Assembly (NCBI GenBank): GCA_035084275.1
Contig: CM068749.1
Location: 16,120,001 to 16,184,000, forward strand
Direction of reading: 5' to 3'
DNA: 64,000 bases
Origin: Hydrolagus colliei
Taxonomy: Eukaryota
In this document: positions 1 to 12,433 of the stretch, in pieces
How positions within the stretch are numbered: the first letter of the stretch is position 1
Layout of the letters: the number at the start of each line of letters is the position of its first letter
Program-made: the position numbers and the translations under genes
The notes under the pieces: model-generated
The model's database searches: none
What the model saw: only the letters and a program-made list of their open reading frames with translations
What the model was told of the DNA's origin: nothing

Positions 1-1309
1 GAATTTGGATGTATTACACACACACACCCTGAACACATAAAAAAAATCAATCCATTACCTGTCAATCACTCCTTTCCGACTGCCAGCTCTTGAATCGTAC
101 AAAACACAAGGCACACAGATGTGATCTGTTGCTGTCAGTGAGGTAGTGGACATGTGTAGAATAGATGGCAATGTAGAAAATTCTCCAATGTGCATGAACG
201 AACAGTAATGACTTTCTGAAGCGATCAGAATTGGGTAATAATTCCGACTTGCTTCCCCTCTCTATTGTCCTGATAAGAGTCAGGGGAGTTGCCTGTCATT
301 TAATGAAGTCTCTTTGTCTTCCCTCACACCAACCACCACCATCACCATTGATTTAAATCTGCCAGTTTATTGACTCAAGATGGCAGGAAGTGTCCCATTT
401 CCAATTTTTTCTCTTCATAAGAGAAATAAATTATTCCTATCGCAGCTATGTGGGCTTGTGTCCCTTTTCAATGTTAAAAGAAACAATGTATTAGTTATTT
501 TGTGTCACATTAATTCACCCAAACATCCGCTGCAGATTTTACTGATAAATCCTTTTGCTAATTTTAATCTGGTTGTTTTAAGTAGGAAACATGCAAGAGA
601 TGGAGGTGTTTAATCATCCACAGAGGATCAGCTTGTTTATGGGGAACAATTTATTAAAATGACATGCTGGTAAAACTGCTACCTTCCACAGTATCTCACA
701 TCTTTCTTCAATACTCAGAAACCATCTCAACACTTTAAGGTGCAGCTCAATTTTCTCTGCTTGCTTTTAGATTTAAAGCAAACAATTGCTGAAATAATCT
801 TAAGCACCTATGGAACTTTGTGTGATCTCTTTATGATTGGGAGAGTTATAAACAATCTATGTTAAATGTGAAGTAGTGATATATAAAGAAGTCCCAGTGA
901 GAGGTTTCCATACTTTCTCTTCATAAATGAATTCCTTATTGTAGCCCTATGAGTCCTGCAGAACCGGAAATCAATGCGTAATTTTGTTGAGAAAGTTAAT
1001 AATCACAGAAAGCAGACACATGGTAGTCTCAATGAAAAGGTAACATTGATAGTTACATTATTTGACAAGTTTCCTTTTTCCTGCTGTGGTTCAAATCTTT
1101 GCTGTGACAGCTCTGTATAAGTGAGTCTATTGGGTTAATTTCTGCTCATATCAGGTTATCCAGAAATTCCAAACTGAGATCGAGTATCTTGCTGCTGAAA
1201 TGTCAATGTGTGAACGTGATAATGGAACATAGATTAATAGAAATGAATGAAGATGAACTAGAATTTGAATATCTTTTTAAAAGTAATGTTTAAAGTGGGC
1301 ACACATTGA

Positions 1310-1735
1310 ATAAATGTACACTTAACATCCATCTTGTTCATTGGCCCAAAGCTGCTAAAATATTATTTATCTTTGTATTCACCTGTCCATACAGCTTGAT
1401 ATCAACAAGAAAAGTTTTAATATTATTATGTTATAATAGTGCTCAGCAAGTCTTCCTGATCACTGACCCTCCACTCCTTTTCAATTGACCTTTCTTAATT
1501 TATCATCACTTTCTGTGCCATATTACTAAGCGGGTTTTCATTGCTACGTTTTCCATTAATTCCATGAACTTCTTTGACCTTTAAAAGCCTTAAATCTGAA
1601 ATTTGGTCTGATATTCTTAAATATTCGGAGCAAACTATATCTACTGGTAGGCACCATCTCTAGTTTAGTGACTCAAAGAATTCCATTAGGTTTGTGATGA
1701 CCTGCTGCTCTAAATCAACGTTGACTGCTCCTATA
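1310..1735 (-). mobile_element. Very old CR1 RT fragment
   Basis: tcaaagaattccattaggtttgtga...gacctg, caaactatatctactgg and atcatcactttctg are reverse-strand remnants of the CLTNL.EFFE, VD.VY and QRVV motifs. Confidence 0.5.
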
Positions 1736-2442
1736 ATCTATGCTCTTTGGATGAGTATTGATACATAACTTGTAGAGCTGGCTTTATTTTGATAAGCAGT
1801 CAAACTTGTTAGAATTAGCAATTGACTTATTGATTCAAAGCAGCTGAAATAAATTTATTTTCAGATCCAGTCTGTGAATCCAATGAATCTAGTTCTGTCA
1901 ATTATCAACTTCTCTTTCACATAAGAACTTTTTGAAATATGAAAGCTTCAAATTTCCAACAGTTTTCTCATCTTACCTACTTGTCCTCTGTAGGCAGTGG
2001 CTAATACTGGATTACAGTTGCTTGTCTGTTAGTGTTCCTCACCCCCTTCTCCCCCCTCCCACCCATCCAAATGACTAGTTTCATTGGTTGAATTTTAAAC
2101 ACGGATAGGGTGTCTGATCACAAAGCTGAATCGTGGTTGAATTCAATGTTGCCATCGCTCGACGTCCCACAATACATTTTGAGAGGGATCATTGGAAAAA
2201 CAACCTAGAGCAAAAGCCCTGATTGAAATGCCCCCCTCTTCTCCCAGCACTCCAAACTAACTTGTATCTTCTCAATTGTTCAGATCCACCAAAAAAGTAC
2301 ATAGCTGGATCCAAACCATAGCTTTATGTCTCAGTACCATATTGGGCAGGGGCATTGATCCACTGAGGCATGACTTGTTCTTCTTAATCTCTCTTGGACT
2401 CCTGGAACAGATATAAGAAACGTCCTGTCACCTGATACCCAA

Positions 2443-2619
2443 TCCTTTGCTAATCTCTATCTTCCATTCTTTGACACAACCTTTCCTGTCACCCTTAATG
2501 TATTTTATTAATATTCCTTCAATCACTCCTCCTGATCCTAGGAATATTAATAAAATACAGCAAGAGAGACAGGAAAGGTTGTGTCAAACACAGAGTGCCA
2601 GATACAGGTGAGCAAAGGA
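2443..2619. repeat. Long inverted repeat (hairpin)
   Basis: Perfect 20-bp arms 2499-2518/2540-2559 and 21-bp arms 2470-2490/2568-2588, with a 21-nt loop. Confidence 0.9.
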
Positions 2620-3029
2620 CCACCTTTATTAATATTCCTATGGTCGCTTTTCCTGTAACTATCTACTTTGGGGACGGGAGGTAAGTGAGATATCCTTGGA
2701 GTTGAGCTGGCCCCAAGTTGTCATGCTTAGCAAAGGAATATTGCATATGAATCGAGGCAACCCTCTGTGTGCTTGAGCTGGTTGTTCTGCAGGACTCCAG
2801 GGCATCAGCTAACTTGTCTCATCAGCAGTAAGAGGTAGAACAGTCACTAAAAGCAGGGATTCTTTCTGCTCAGCTCATGTTAACCCTGGGAGGCAAGTCC
2901 CTAAAGGTAGTCTTAGCTGGACAAACACATCAGACACTCAGCTAGTCAAACAAAAATCACTCCTTCTTGAAATTTGCTTTCTTTCCTCTAAACATTAAGT
3001 GTTTATCTTGATCCCCTATGCTTTTCCTC

Positions 3030-3151
3030 TTCCCACGTTTCACCCATAAAATAAACAGACAATTCACTTTACAGTATATTCTGTGAAGTGCTTTGAGACA
3101 TTCCGAAGACATGCTAAGGCACTCGATCAAATGCAAGGATTATTACTATTA
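3030..3151 (+). mobile_element. SINE 3' fragment (same family)
   Basis: caattcactttacagtatattctgtgaagtgctttgagac...atcaaatgcaaggattatta. Confidence 0.8.
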
Positions 3152-3904
3152 ATATTCCCAGGATTCTCATTCCATCCCACTGTCTCCTAAATCAGCCATT
3201 TCTTTTCCCCCAACCTTGTCAGGGAATTTGTTACCTGCGTCAGCATTCTGTCCCCTGCACAAATGTAAATGCTTTTAATGCCCAAACCAAATGATTTCTT
3301 GGCTTATCTTGTTTCTCCAGTATTGTCTTTGACCATTCACTATGTACCATTTTCCCAGCATTATGGACCATCTTAATCCAATAGAAATAATCCCTATTGC
3401 ACAATTCTGGAAGAATAAAACATTTCAATTTAATATGTAAAAATTATAATAATATAGAACACAATTTGTTGTTCTTGTGCTTTGTGTTAAATGTTATAAA
3501 ATAGTGTATTTAAGCATTGGTGCTATTTTAACGTCACCAAGGTTTTTTTGATCTCCAAGTCTGTTGTCTGTACTGTGATTTTGAAGTTCATATTTTTGCC
3601 ATCGGGTATAAAAATATATGAACTATTTTCGCAGTTTAGTGAATATGTTTTATCATCCTGAACAGACAAGTTATTGATTAGTTTTCTCTAATGTTCCATT
3701 TAGACATGAAGGGGTAAATGGAGCATACCATGACATTCAATGAATGCGGTGAAATTTATTGTTTATTATGATCATAGTTTGCACCAAATTCGGTTCAGGA
3801 ATTCCATCAGGCCCTGTCTCAGCAATGCCTTCCTCTTAAAACCTTCTTCGATTCATCTTTTGGAGACTAAAATATTGTTTACATCTTCTCGCCAGACATG
3901 CACT

Positions 3905-4315
3905 GATAATAATAAATCATCTTTGCAGTTGATACTGCACCAAGTCTCAAAGCGCTTCACAAGATTTCCTTAAAGTGTATTGACTATATTTTGTGAGCAA
4001 ACACGGCAGCTAGTTTGCACAAAGCAATGTGCCCTAAACAGCCATCAAGTGAATGATCCATTTTATCTGGGGAATTGTTGGCCTGAACACTGAGAAAAAA
4101 TCCTTCTCTTTTCAAATAGTGTTATGGATTCTTTAATGTCCACCTGAACAGGCAGACTGGATAACTCTGTTTAACCTCTCATCTGAATAACACTATTTCT
4201 GATAATGCACCACATCCCCAAGGATTGCACCAGAGTGTGAGCACAGACTAAGCTCAACATCCTGGCGTGGGTCTTGAATCCCGAATCTTCTGACTCAGAG
4301 CCAACTTGCCAGACT
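3905..4315 (-). mobile_element. Deu-domain SINE (DeuSINE; SacSINE1/AmnSINE1-related), full-length and diverged
   Basis: The reverse strand reads tRNA-like head ctgagtcagaagattcgggattcaagacccac, then Deu-like core tcagatgagaggttaaac...gtctgcctgttcaggtggacattaaagaatccataacactatttgaaaagag...ggccaacaatt, then an L2-type tail. Assignment is from a recalled consensus. Confidence 0.75.
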
Positions 4316-6519
4316 GATACCTATGCGTTTAGTTGCTAAGATTTATGAAAAGTAGTAGAGTGTATTTCAAAATTCAAGTCTCAATTCTGATAAGCAAAAT
4401 ATTAAATATGTTTTGTTAATGGTAAAAGAACATCAGGAGAAACCCCACAACAAAGCAAATATTTAAAATGGTGTGATCTTTAAAGAGTTAACACCCAACA
4501 ACTGAGGACCTATTTGGCTGTGATCAGTTGTCAGATTGTTCTTAAAGGTACATTTCATTACAGAGGCTATGGACAATTTGGAATTGTTCTGTTTGAAACT
4601 CTGGCCTATAAGATGCCAGTGTCTTTGATTTGTTGAAGCACTCACTCAGTAAGTACTTTGAATGGGATGAAAGAAAAGGAGGGAATGTAGCACAGTACCA
4701 ATCTGACTAAACAAATTTGTAAACAAAAGCAGTAATGGTGTTTTTTTCATAGGCACTAGACTGTGAACAGAGATTCATTAAGTAAGCACAGGACTGTAAA
4801 TATAAATGACTGCGACTTCATGTGAGACTAAAAGCTCCTGCTAACAGCAATCATCATTGACAGTGTACTTAGTGCAGGAAAGCTTGGAAACAATAGAAAA
4901 AACCTAAGGCAAATTTTGACTCTATTAGTCTCTCAGACTTATTTCCTCTGATAGCATTGTGCTTATTTATCTGATACTCAGAGCTACTCTGTACATCAGA
5001 AAGTACATTAAGCAAGTGAACACAGAGCGTATCACCTTTTATTGGTGGAATTTTAATGAAATTGAATCGCCCTGTAGCAAGAAGTTGTATAACCTGACAT
5101 CGTTCATTGTTCTTAAAGGGAAAAAAAGCTCATCCTTTCAAAATCATTTGCTCAGAGAAAGGAAAATTGAGTGAAATAGTTATTTCTCCTCTTTAAGTGC
5201 TAGGGTTTGGCAAGGTTCGCATTCGGAGAGTGCAGGCTGTAGTATTGATTTTGTTTGGTGGCTGAGCCTTTCACCATCTCTTTCTTCGATTGTTAGAGCC
5301 ATAAGATAGAGTGAATTATATTCAGTTGCTGTGAAGGCTGTCGTTGTCCCCCCGCACCCCCCCTTTACTGATTAAAAAAATGAAATGTATTCCAAGATCT
5401 TAGGAATGTGTCAACAAGCTGCGAAAGCAACATCTCCTAATGATGCCCATTTCACAGAAGCATCATTCATTAGTGCACGTTGGTTCCTTGCACAGCAGTT
5501 TGTTGAAAAGCATTTTCAATCTTTCGATTTTCACTGTTGCTAAAGCATAAGAGAACCATATGTAAAGTATTAGAGACTTTTTTTTAAGAGGTGTGATTTG
5601 TCATAAACAACATCTATTTGATCATGTTCAAGCGCTACTTCAGGAAGAAGGTTAAGGGCTGATTGCAGGTCAACTCAAAGCATAGGGTGTCTTGGAATTT
5701 TATCAGTAATCCACCCCCTGGAAAAGCGTACCATTTCTTTTGAAGTAATGGTCTATGCTGTCTCTTAAATAAAGCCCCTGCAGAGCTGTGATAATTCCGG
5801 TTGATTAAGCATTTTAATTGATAGAAAACTAAATAATCGATTCATTGAGTCGTTGCTGAGCTAGGCATCTGCAACGTTAGAAATAGATTTGATCTTTTCG
5901 CTCCTGATTTGCTCGCAGTAATTTTCCAACCTATTTGGTTTTGTTTTAGTAGCTTACAAGATGGACGGTTGACTGAAAATGTCCCTTGTATGTGCTAGAC
6001 TTTCAGGATGATGTTGACTTGTAACCTTGTAAAATGCTGATTACACATTTAACCTTAACCAGCAAATTGTAGCACTTTTGTGAAATTTTAATATGTTAAA
6101 ATTCTATTGGATATTCAATTAACAAAATAATTGGTTGGCAGAACCCTGAGGGCTTGTTTAGTTCAAGCTTTAAATTCTGATTTTTTTCCAGACACTTGAT
6201 TATAAAGAGTTGTTTTTTCTGACAATTGCATCCGTTCAATTTGTTTTTCCTCAACCAAAACTCTCCTGTTATCAACCACTAGGAGGGACACAAACATCCG
6301 TATTTCCTTCCACACGTGTACGTTTCCTTTTGTTATGTAGGTACTTCCACTTTGAATCCCCCTAATGGCCAACTCGCATCGACAATTCGACATTTTGGGA
6401 TCATGTTAGGAATCGTAAGCATGTCAACATTTTGTCTTAGCTTCATTGTTATCATTAAATTGTGCCTTGGATCTCCAGTTGGTTGAAAAATCCTTACATT
6501 TTTGATGCATTATCTTTTG

Positions 6520-6838
6520 TGTTTGGGAGGACATTTCAAAGCACTTCACGAGATATACTGTAAAGTGTAACATCTGTGTATTTTTGTATTTTCTAGCAAT
6601 GTCCGACATCCATGAAGTGAATGACTAATTTTATTTCGGGTATTGTTGGCCAGAATGCTGGGAGAAACTTCTCTTTTCAAGTAGTGCCACGAGATTTTAA
6701 CATCCACCTGAGCAGCCAGCTGGGATCTAATGTTAACGTCTCATTCAAAGAACGCTATCTCCGACATTGCAATTAATTCAAAATCTGAATATGAGGCTTA
6801 ATCCCACTGACTCAGAGACAAGAGCAACCAACTGAGGT
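6520..6838 (-). mobile_element. Second DeuSINE-like copy
   Basis: ctcttttcaagtagtgccacgagattttaacatccacctgagcag...ttaacgtctcattc...ctgactcagag aligns with 4100-4300. Confidence 0.72.
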
Positions 6839-7957
6839 GGACTAATACACATAATACTCATGATCATTTTACTTGAAGGTATAGTTATACATAAATCACA
6901 TACAGTCGGATTAAATTTTGATTTCTGTCTGAACTGATGCATACAGCTGAACAAGATGTAAATCTAACCATTAAAATTCTAGTCACCGATTAGTTATTGG
7001 GTGAAACTTGTATTGTGAACTGGAAGCAAACTCCACAGCTTGTAAATTAGTTCATTGGGTTTATCCCTGCGGCGGCAAACCTTTATTGTTTCTCTCTTCC
7101 CTTGCTATACTTCATCCCTTGTGCCCTTTCAATACTCTTTACCCACTGGCTGCCTGTGTGTCTCTTACCAAAGGTGTACTTTATTAACGTTTAGAACTGC
7201 TTTTGATTAAATTGGGTTACTTTGTTAGCTGAATGAAAAATTAAAGTCAAGTTTTTAATGTCTCACTCACTGCACAGTGGGTCATTTTTTAAAATTGTAC
7301 GTAGAAAGGGAGGAAACAAGTGAGCTAATTCTGTGTGAAGCCTTCAAATGTAAGTCTGCTTTGCAGCTTTGAAAATCACCAGACACTTCCCCTCGCTGAC
7401 ATCAGTAACAAAATGATTTCCTGTAACTTTATGTTGCCGAACATTACAAAGTAGAATGAGATAAATGTTCTCATATCCAGAACATTTTATCATGTGCAGG
7501 ATTCTCTGACGGAGCTAATATAGCCTAACCTTGTTACATTCTTCATTTTGGTGAAGAAATTCTACTGTAGTTCTCAAAGGACTAATTTCCCTCAGTGCAG
7601 ATGGATTTCAATGTCTTTCATAATTGTTAACAGAGCTGATGTCTTTGTAATCACTACCATGCATATGAAATTTTATTGCATTAATGTTTAAAAATTATGA
7701 GCGTTACATACTCGGTTCTGATTGATGAATTATCCCTGCTCATTTGCAGTAAAATGATTCCCGTTGCTTTACTCAAAGTGCAGGTATGCCTATAGCACAT
7801 GGGGTAGAGCTGTGAAATCTGGTGTAAATGTCATTCATTGGTGCCCATTTTGCAGCCTCTTAAATAAAATGGGAAGAGTAAAGAGAGTGCGAGAAAGGAC
7901 AAAAGCACAGAATACATCATCCTGAATGAGAAATCCCGACAACGCAATATAATAAAA

Positions 7958-8090
7958 AATAATAATAATCTTTCCATTTGATATAGTGCTTTTCACATCT
8001 TCTGGACCTCTCAAAGCGCTTCACAGAATTTACTGTAAAGTGAATTAACTGTATATTTGTGAGTGAAACGCGGCAACCAATTGCACACAA
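7958..8090 (-). mobile_element. SINE 3' fragment (same family)
   Basis: aataataataatctttccatttgatatagtgcttttcacatc...tcaaagcgcttcacaga...ccaattgcacaca. Confidence 0.82.
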
Positions 8091-8351
8091 TATACTGATT
8101 ATTATGGAGACAAAATGTCAAGGAATCTTACTGCAGAACCAAAATGGAAGCTATTCCATAACACTGCAGTTTCACTGTATTTGTATGGCTTTGTGGCAAG
8201 GCTTGTGTTTAGTCTTTTTTTCTTGCCATTTATTTCCAGTCCTCTTTCCTGTTCCATACTTTTAGCTTCTCTATTCTCTCTGTGGAATCCTATCTGTCAA
8301 TGCCTCTGTCTCGTACAGTCCTTTACTTTTCCAAAGCTTTGTACACTATTG

Positions 8352-8506
8352 TAATAATAATAATCCTTGATTTGATATATAATAATAATAATCCTTGCAT
8401 TTGATATAGTGCTTTTCACGCTCTGTCAGTTCATTTTATGGTATATTGTTTGAGATTCTCGAAGACTTGATATACGGTGCTCTATCAAATGCAAGGATTA
8501 TTAGTA
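8352..8506. repeat. Two opposite-orientation SINE tails plus a short tandem duplication
   Basis: taataatccttgcatttgata (~8385-8406) is the reverse complement of tatcaaatgcaaggattatta (~8483-8503). A partial duplicate lies at 8354-8378. Confidence 0.75.
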
Positions 8507-9354
8507 ATATTAATGTTATCATCTTGTTCTTGTCTGGAAAGAATTTGGAGACATTACCTACATAAAAGGTGCTGATGCAAGTGCGAGTTACTGTTGTTGT
8601 AAACTATGGTTCCACAGGAGTGCCTCACTCAAGTAATTATTATTCACAGGTAAATGTTAGTAATAGTTAGCTAGATTTTGGCATGATTTTTACAGGTCCA
8701 CACCTCAAGCAGGGGTTGTTGGTTGGCAGCCAGAAGTAAAAGGAGTTGGGCTGATTTGTACTTTCCATGATTTCTTCGCCCTATTTCAGATCGGTAAAGG
8801 TGGATTAGGGATTGAACCTGGAACTTTTCTCTGTGCATTCTAGCTATGTGCTGACTTGCTGTGCAAACATTCTTCGTCAAAAATATGTTGGCTCCTCACT
8901 TAAGTTTTCCTCCACCTTCTTGATCTGAGTAATGCTGCGGCCAATTATTGAAATCACAGCATTGCCCCAACTGACAGAAGGAGGGTTGAACTTGGAACCT
9001 TCAACATCTACATGGTTCAGTCCAATACCCTGAAGATAGTGCTGAATCTGAATATAATGCAGATTCATCACGCTTTGACTGTGAGGGTGCATATCTGAGT
9101 GACTGAAAGTGGAATTGATATTGTTTTGCGCATTCAATCATATTTCCATCTGAACAAAAGGTAGAAACTCAGCATTTTGAAAGCCTGTGTCACTTATCAT
9201 AATTGACAGTTATCTGAAATGAAATGAGAACACGAGAACAAGGCAAGGTCGTGAAACTGAATTTCTTGTGTGATGACAGAGCGCCAATTTTATGGTTTGA
9301 TAGTCAAAGAGGACACTCGGGAAACCTTTGTGACCTCTTGTATTTTGTTTCTAG

Positions 9355-9568
9355 GCTTCAGTCGAGCTGCATTACCCTTTGGTCTGGTGAGGAGGGAGTT
9401 GTCCTGTGAGGGCTACCCCATTGACCTCCGCTGCCCAGGAAGTGATGTCATTATGATTGAGAGCGCCAACTATGGTCGCACTGACGACAAGATCTGTGAT
9501 GCGGATCCATTTCAAATGGAAAATGTGCAATGCTACCTCCCAGATGCCTTTAAAATCATGACACAGAG
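9355..9568 (+). CDS. ADGRL2: Latrophilin-2 internal exon, rhamnose/galactose-binding (SUEL) lectin domain part 1, 214 nt
   Basis: Acceptor ttttgtttctag| and donor |gtaagt. Translates (G)[70 protein letters not shown](R), a latrophilin lectin N-terminus with ADGRL2-type [17 protein letters not shown] and MTQR. Confidence 0.96.
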
Positions 9569-11389
9569 GTAAGTCACCAGCTTGAAGCCCATTATTCAGA
9601 TTCACAAATTAAGTTTCATGCATCTTTGCATCGAGACGTTCCAAACAGCTTATGAGTTTGATGAAGTAAATGGCTGAGTTCAAGCTATTGATTTTACTGA
9701 ATGACGTCAGGCACTGCTTCGGAGCACGCAGCAGCGTAAAAAGGAAATAATGCTAAGTTAATTGGGGCTTTAATTATTCAGAATTTTTCTCCCTTACTGT
9801 GACTTTAAGGATAATAACTGTGTCCTTGGATTTTCAATGTATTGAATGTTAAGAGGTGTGCATTCTCCTGTGGATTTGTTCTCTACCTTCTCTGGCAGGA
9901 TTGTTTGTTTTGTTTCTGTATCTTTCTGGGGGAGATCGAGGTTGTAATTGTGCCTTTCATATTCTTGGGAAACGCATGTTCTCATGTGAAATTAGTTTGC
10001 CTTTAGCTCACTTTGAATCCCAGTGGAAACAGAAAGGTGTACTTAAAAAAACCTTTGCATTCAGAAAGGAGGTCATTTTGTTAGATTTAGCTCTATAAGG
10101 TGCATGTTGCGGGACACTATTAACAGAAAATGGATTAATTCAATAAAATGTGGTAAAACAAACATCACCAAAAGAATCCTTTTAGCGGCTTGTGTCATCT
10201 GAAGACTTTGTCTGTGTACTCCTGGGAAATTTAAACTAACTCAACTTGAAAATGTGACAGTTGTGAGTGATTTTTAATTCAGACATCCAATTTGAATGGA
10301 AAGATTATTTAAAAATCTTCAAAATGTGTTATTGATTCAGTGTAGCGAGTACTTAACATGTGCTAGCACAGTCCTGAGATCTGTAGAATTGAGGAATTCA
10401 GTGTACTTACTTTGCTTGCAATATAGCCAACCAGCACAAATGGTTGTATCTGAGGCTTGGTTGCACAAAGCGCATTTCAGGAATTAATTCACAATCTGGC
10501 TAGTTCTTCTGATGGAAAACCCAAGTCTGTCACATATTTTAATTTTGAAAAAGCCACACAGTTAATGACGGTTATGTGCTGAAGCCACAAAAAGGACAGG
10601 GGTGAATTCTCAGGGAAGGGCTTTTCATGTCATTTCATCAAAATGCCCTGTTGCTGTGTTTTGGCTATGTATTCCCAGTGCACTCCCATGTGAATGCAGT
10701 CAAAAATGGCCATGAACGTGCAATTCTTTCCCGAATAGAAGTAGATCTGCTTTACAAATAGCTGCTAGGCTGTTGAGATCCGCACTATAATAATTGAAAA
10801 AAATAAGTATGTGAATGATATTTCAAAATGATCTGTGCAAGGTTATGGAAATGATTTAGCGCTGCAGCTCTCAGGGCTTCATTTGTGCAAATCCCAGCAT
10901 GATTCTAAACAGCTGAATTTGGCTTTCTTCTTTGGGGGACAGACAGTGAATGCTGCATTGTTGAAGCACACACCGCCTCATCCAGCTCTGTGAGACTCCA
11001 ATGAGCCAGCCACAGGGACTTGCAGGATGACAGAGAATGAATAACACTGAGCAGGGAACGTCCCTAAAATACCCAATTCCCCTTCCCATCTCCTTGGACT
11101 GCGAGATTGTTTTTTTGGCACTCCATCCGTACCACACGTTTGCAGTACTTAGAAAAATAAAAGGCTGTTGTGCCGTTGTGCACCTTTCGGCAACCCTTTT
11201 TCATTGTGATTCTAGTTTGCATCGGAAACAACTTGCCTTGTAAATAGCTCTCGCCCCACCGGGCCAGGCACACTTGGAATATGAGGTAATGCAAAATAAC
11301 TGTGATTCCAGTGAATCGTTAAACTGTGGTTTGTGATGTTCAACATTGAAAATTTACATTAAATGATTTGAAGGTGAAATCTTCCCTCA

Positions 11390-11556
11390 TCCTCTCTCGG
11401 TCTTTCTTTAAGTCCCACTTTATATCGTGCTTCATTGACCATGATTGTGGCCACCTCCCTCTCACCCCCCTCCCTCACCCCTGCCCATATCAGTGTTCAA
11501 TCCCCTCATTATAATGCATTCTAAGGCATTATCATATGTGAAGGGCACTATATTGT
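11390..11556 (+). mobile_element. Degenerate L2-like 3' end immediately upstream of a SINE
   Basis: C-rich UTR-like tract ending atatgtgaagggcactatattg, similar to the L2 tail motif gtgaaaggcgctatat. Confidence 0.5.
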
Positions 11557-11557
11557 G

Positions 11558-11884
11558 GAGCTCCTGTAGCTCAATGGTTAGAGCACACTCGCCTTACAGG
11601 TGTGAGACCTGTGTTCGAATCCAGGGCGAAGATCAGGGCGAAGCCTTGGGCCTAAATTTCCTTGCTCCACACGCCTAATAATAATCCGTCCAAAAAAGAA
11701 CCCCACAATAATAAAATTGGTCATTTCAATCCACGACTGTTGGTTAGACACTGTTGTGCGCAATTGGCTGCCTCATTTCATCCACAAGTACAGTCAATTC
11801 ACTTTACAATATATTCTGTGAAGCGCTTTGAGACATCGATAAGATGTGAAAAGCGCTATATCAAATGCAAGGATTATTATTATT
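11558..11884 (+). mobile_element. Full-length tRNA-derived SINE (tRNA-Val-like head, L2-type tail, (ATT)n end)
   Basis: A box TAGCTCAATGG at 11567-11577, anticodon-like loop ccttacag, B box GTTCGAATCC at 11613-11622. Tail ctgtgaagcgctttgagac...tgtgaaaagcgctatatcaaatgcaaggattattatt. Many related copies occur in the window. Confidence 0.9.
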
Positions 11885-12074
11885 TTTATCAATGCAATTT
11901 GCATTTGTTATAACATCAATAAAAGTACATGCATATCTTTTCATTTTAAAAATGAGTCTGTTTCAGCATCTCCCCATAGTTGACAGTCTCACCATCATTC
12001 CCTATAGTGTCACTCGCTAGCCTTTTATCACACTTTAATTTAATGACTTCCACAAGATTACAGATTGGTCTATA

Positions 12075-12285
12075 TGAAAAAAGCCCTTCAACCCATTCAA
12101 TCTCATCTTTCCAGAACACTTTCCTCATCATTGCATCAAGCTGCTTTTTAAATTAGACCAGTGTCCTGGCCTCAAACACCATTCCTGGCAACCTGTTCCT
12201 GTCAATTGATTACCCTCTGCGTAAAGAATTTTCCTGGTATCTGTCCTGAAATTGCTCTTAACAATTCTAAACCTATGTCCATGAC
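12075..12285 (-). mobile_element. CR1 ORF2 C-terminus and 3' end
   Basis: The minus frame reads HGHRFRIVKSNFRTDTRK, matching the CR1 TRGH..K...FR.D.RK motif. Confidence 0.72.
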
Positions 12286-12433
12286 TGTTTGTGGGGCATG
12301 TTGTGTGCAATTGGCTGCAACGTTTCACCCACAAAATATACATTCAATTCACTTTACAGTATATTCTATGAAGCGCTTTGAGACTTCTTCAGTATGTGAT
12401 AAAGCACTATATCAAATGGAAGGATCATTATTA
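12280..12433 (+). mobile_element. SINE 3' half (same family)
   Basis: catgactgtttgtggggcatgttgtgtgcaattggctgc...aagcgctttgagac...tatatcaaatggaaggatcattatt. Confidence 0.85.

Noticed and set aside
10845-11290. Possible additional ancient SINE or conserved element
   Set aside because: Only a vague tRNA-like start and no second copy recognised in the window.
11558-11630. Functional tRNA-Val gene
   Set aside because: The acceptor stem does not close and there is no oligo-T terminator. It runs directly into a SINE body present in many copies.
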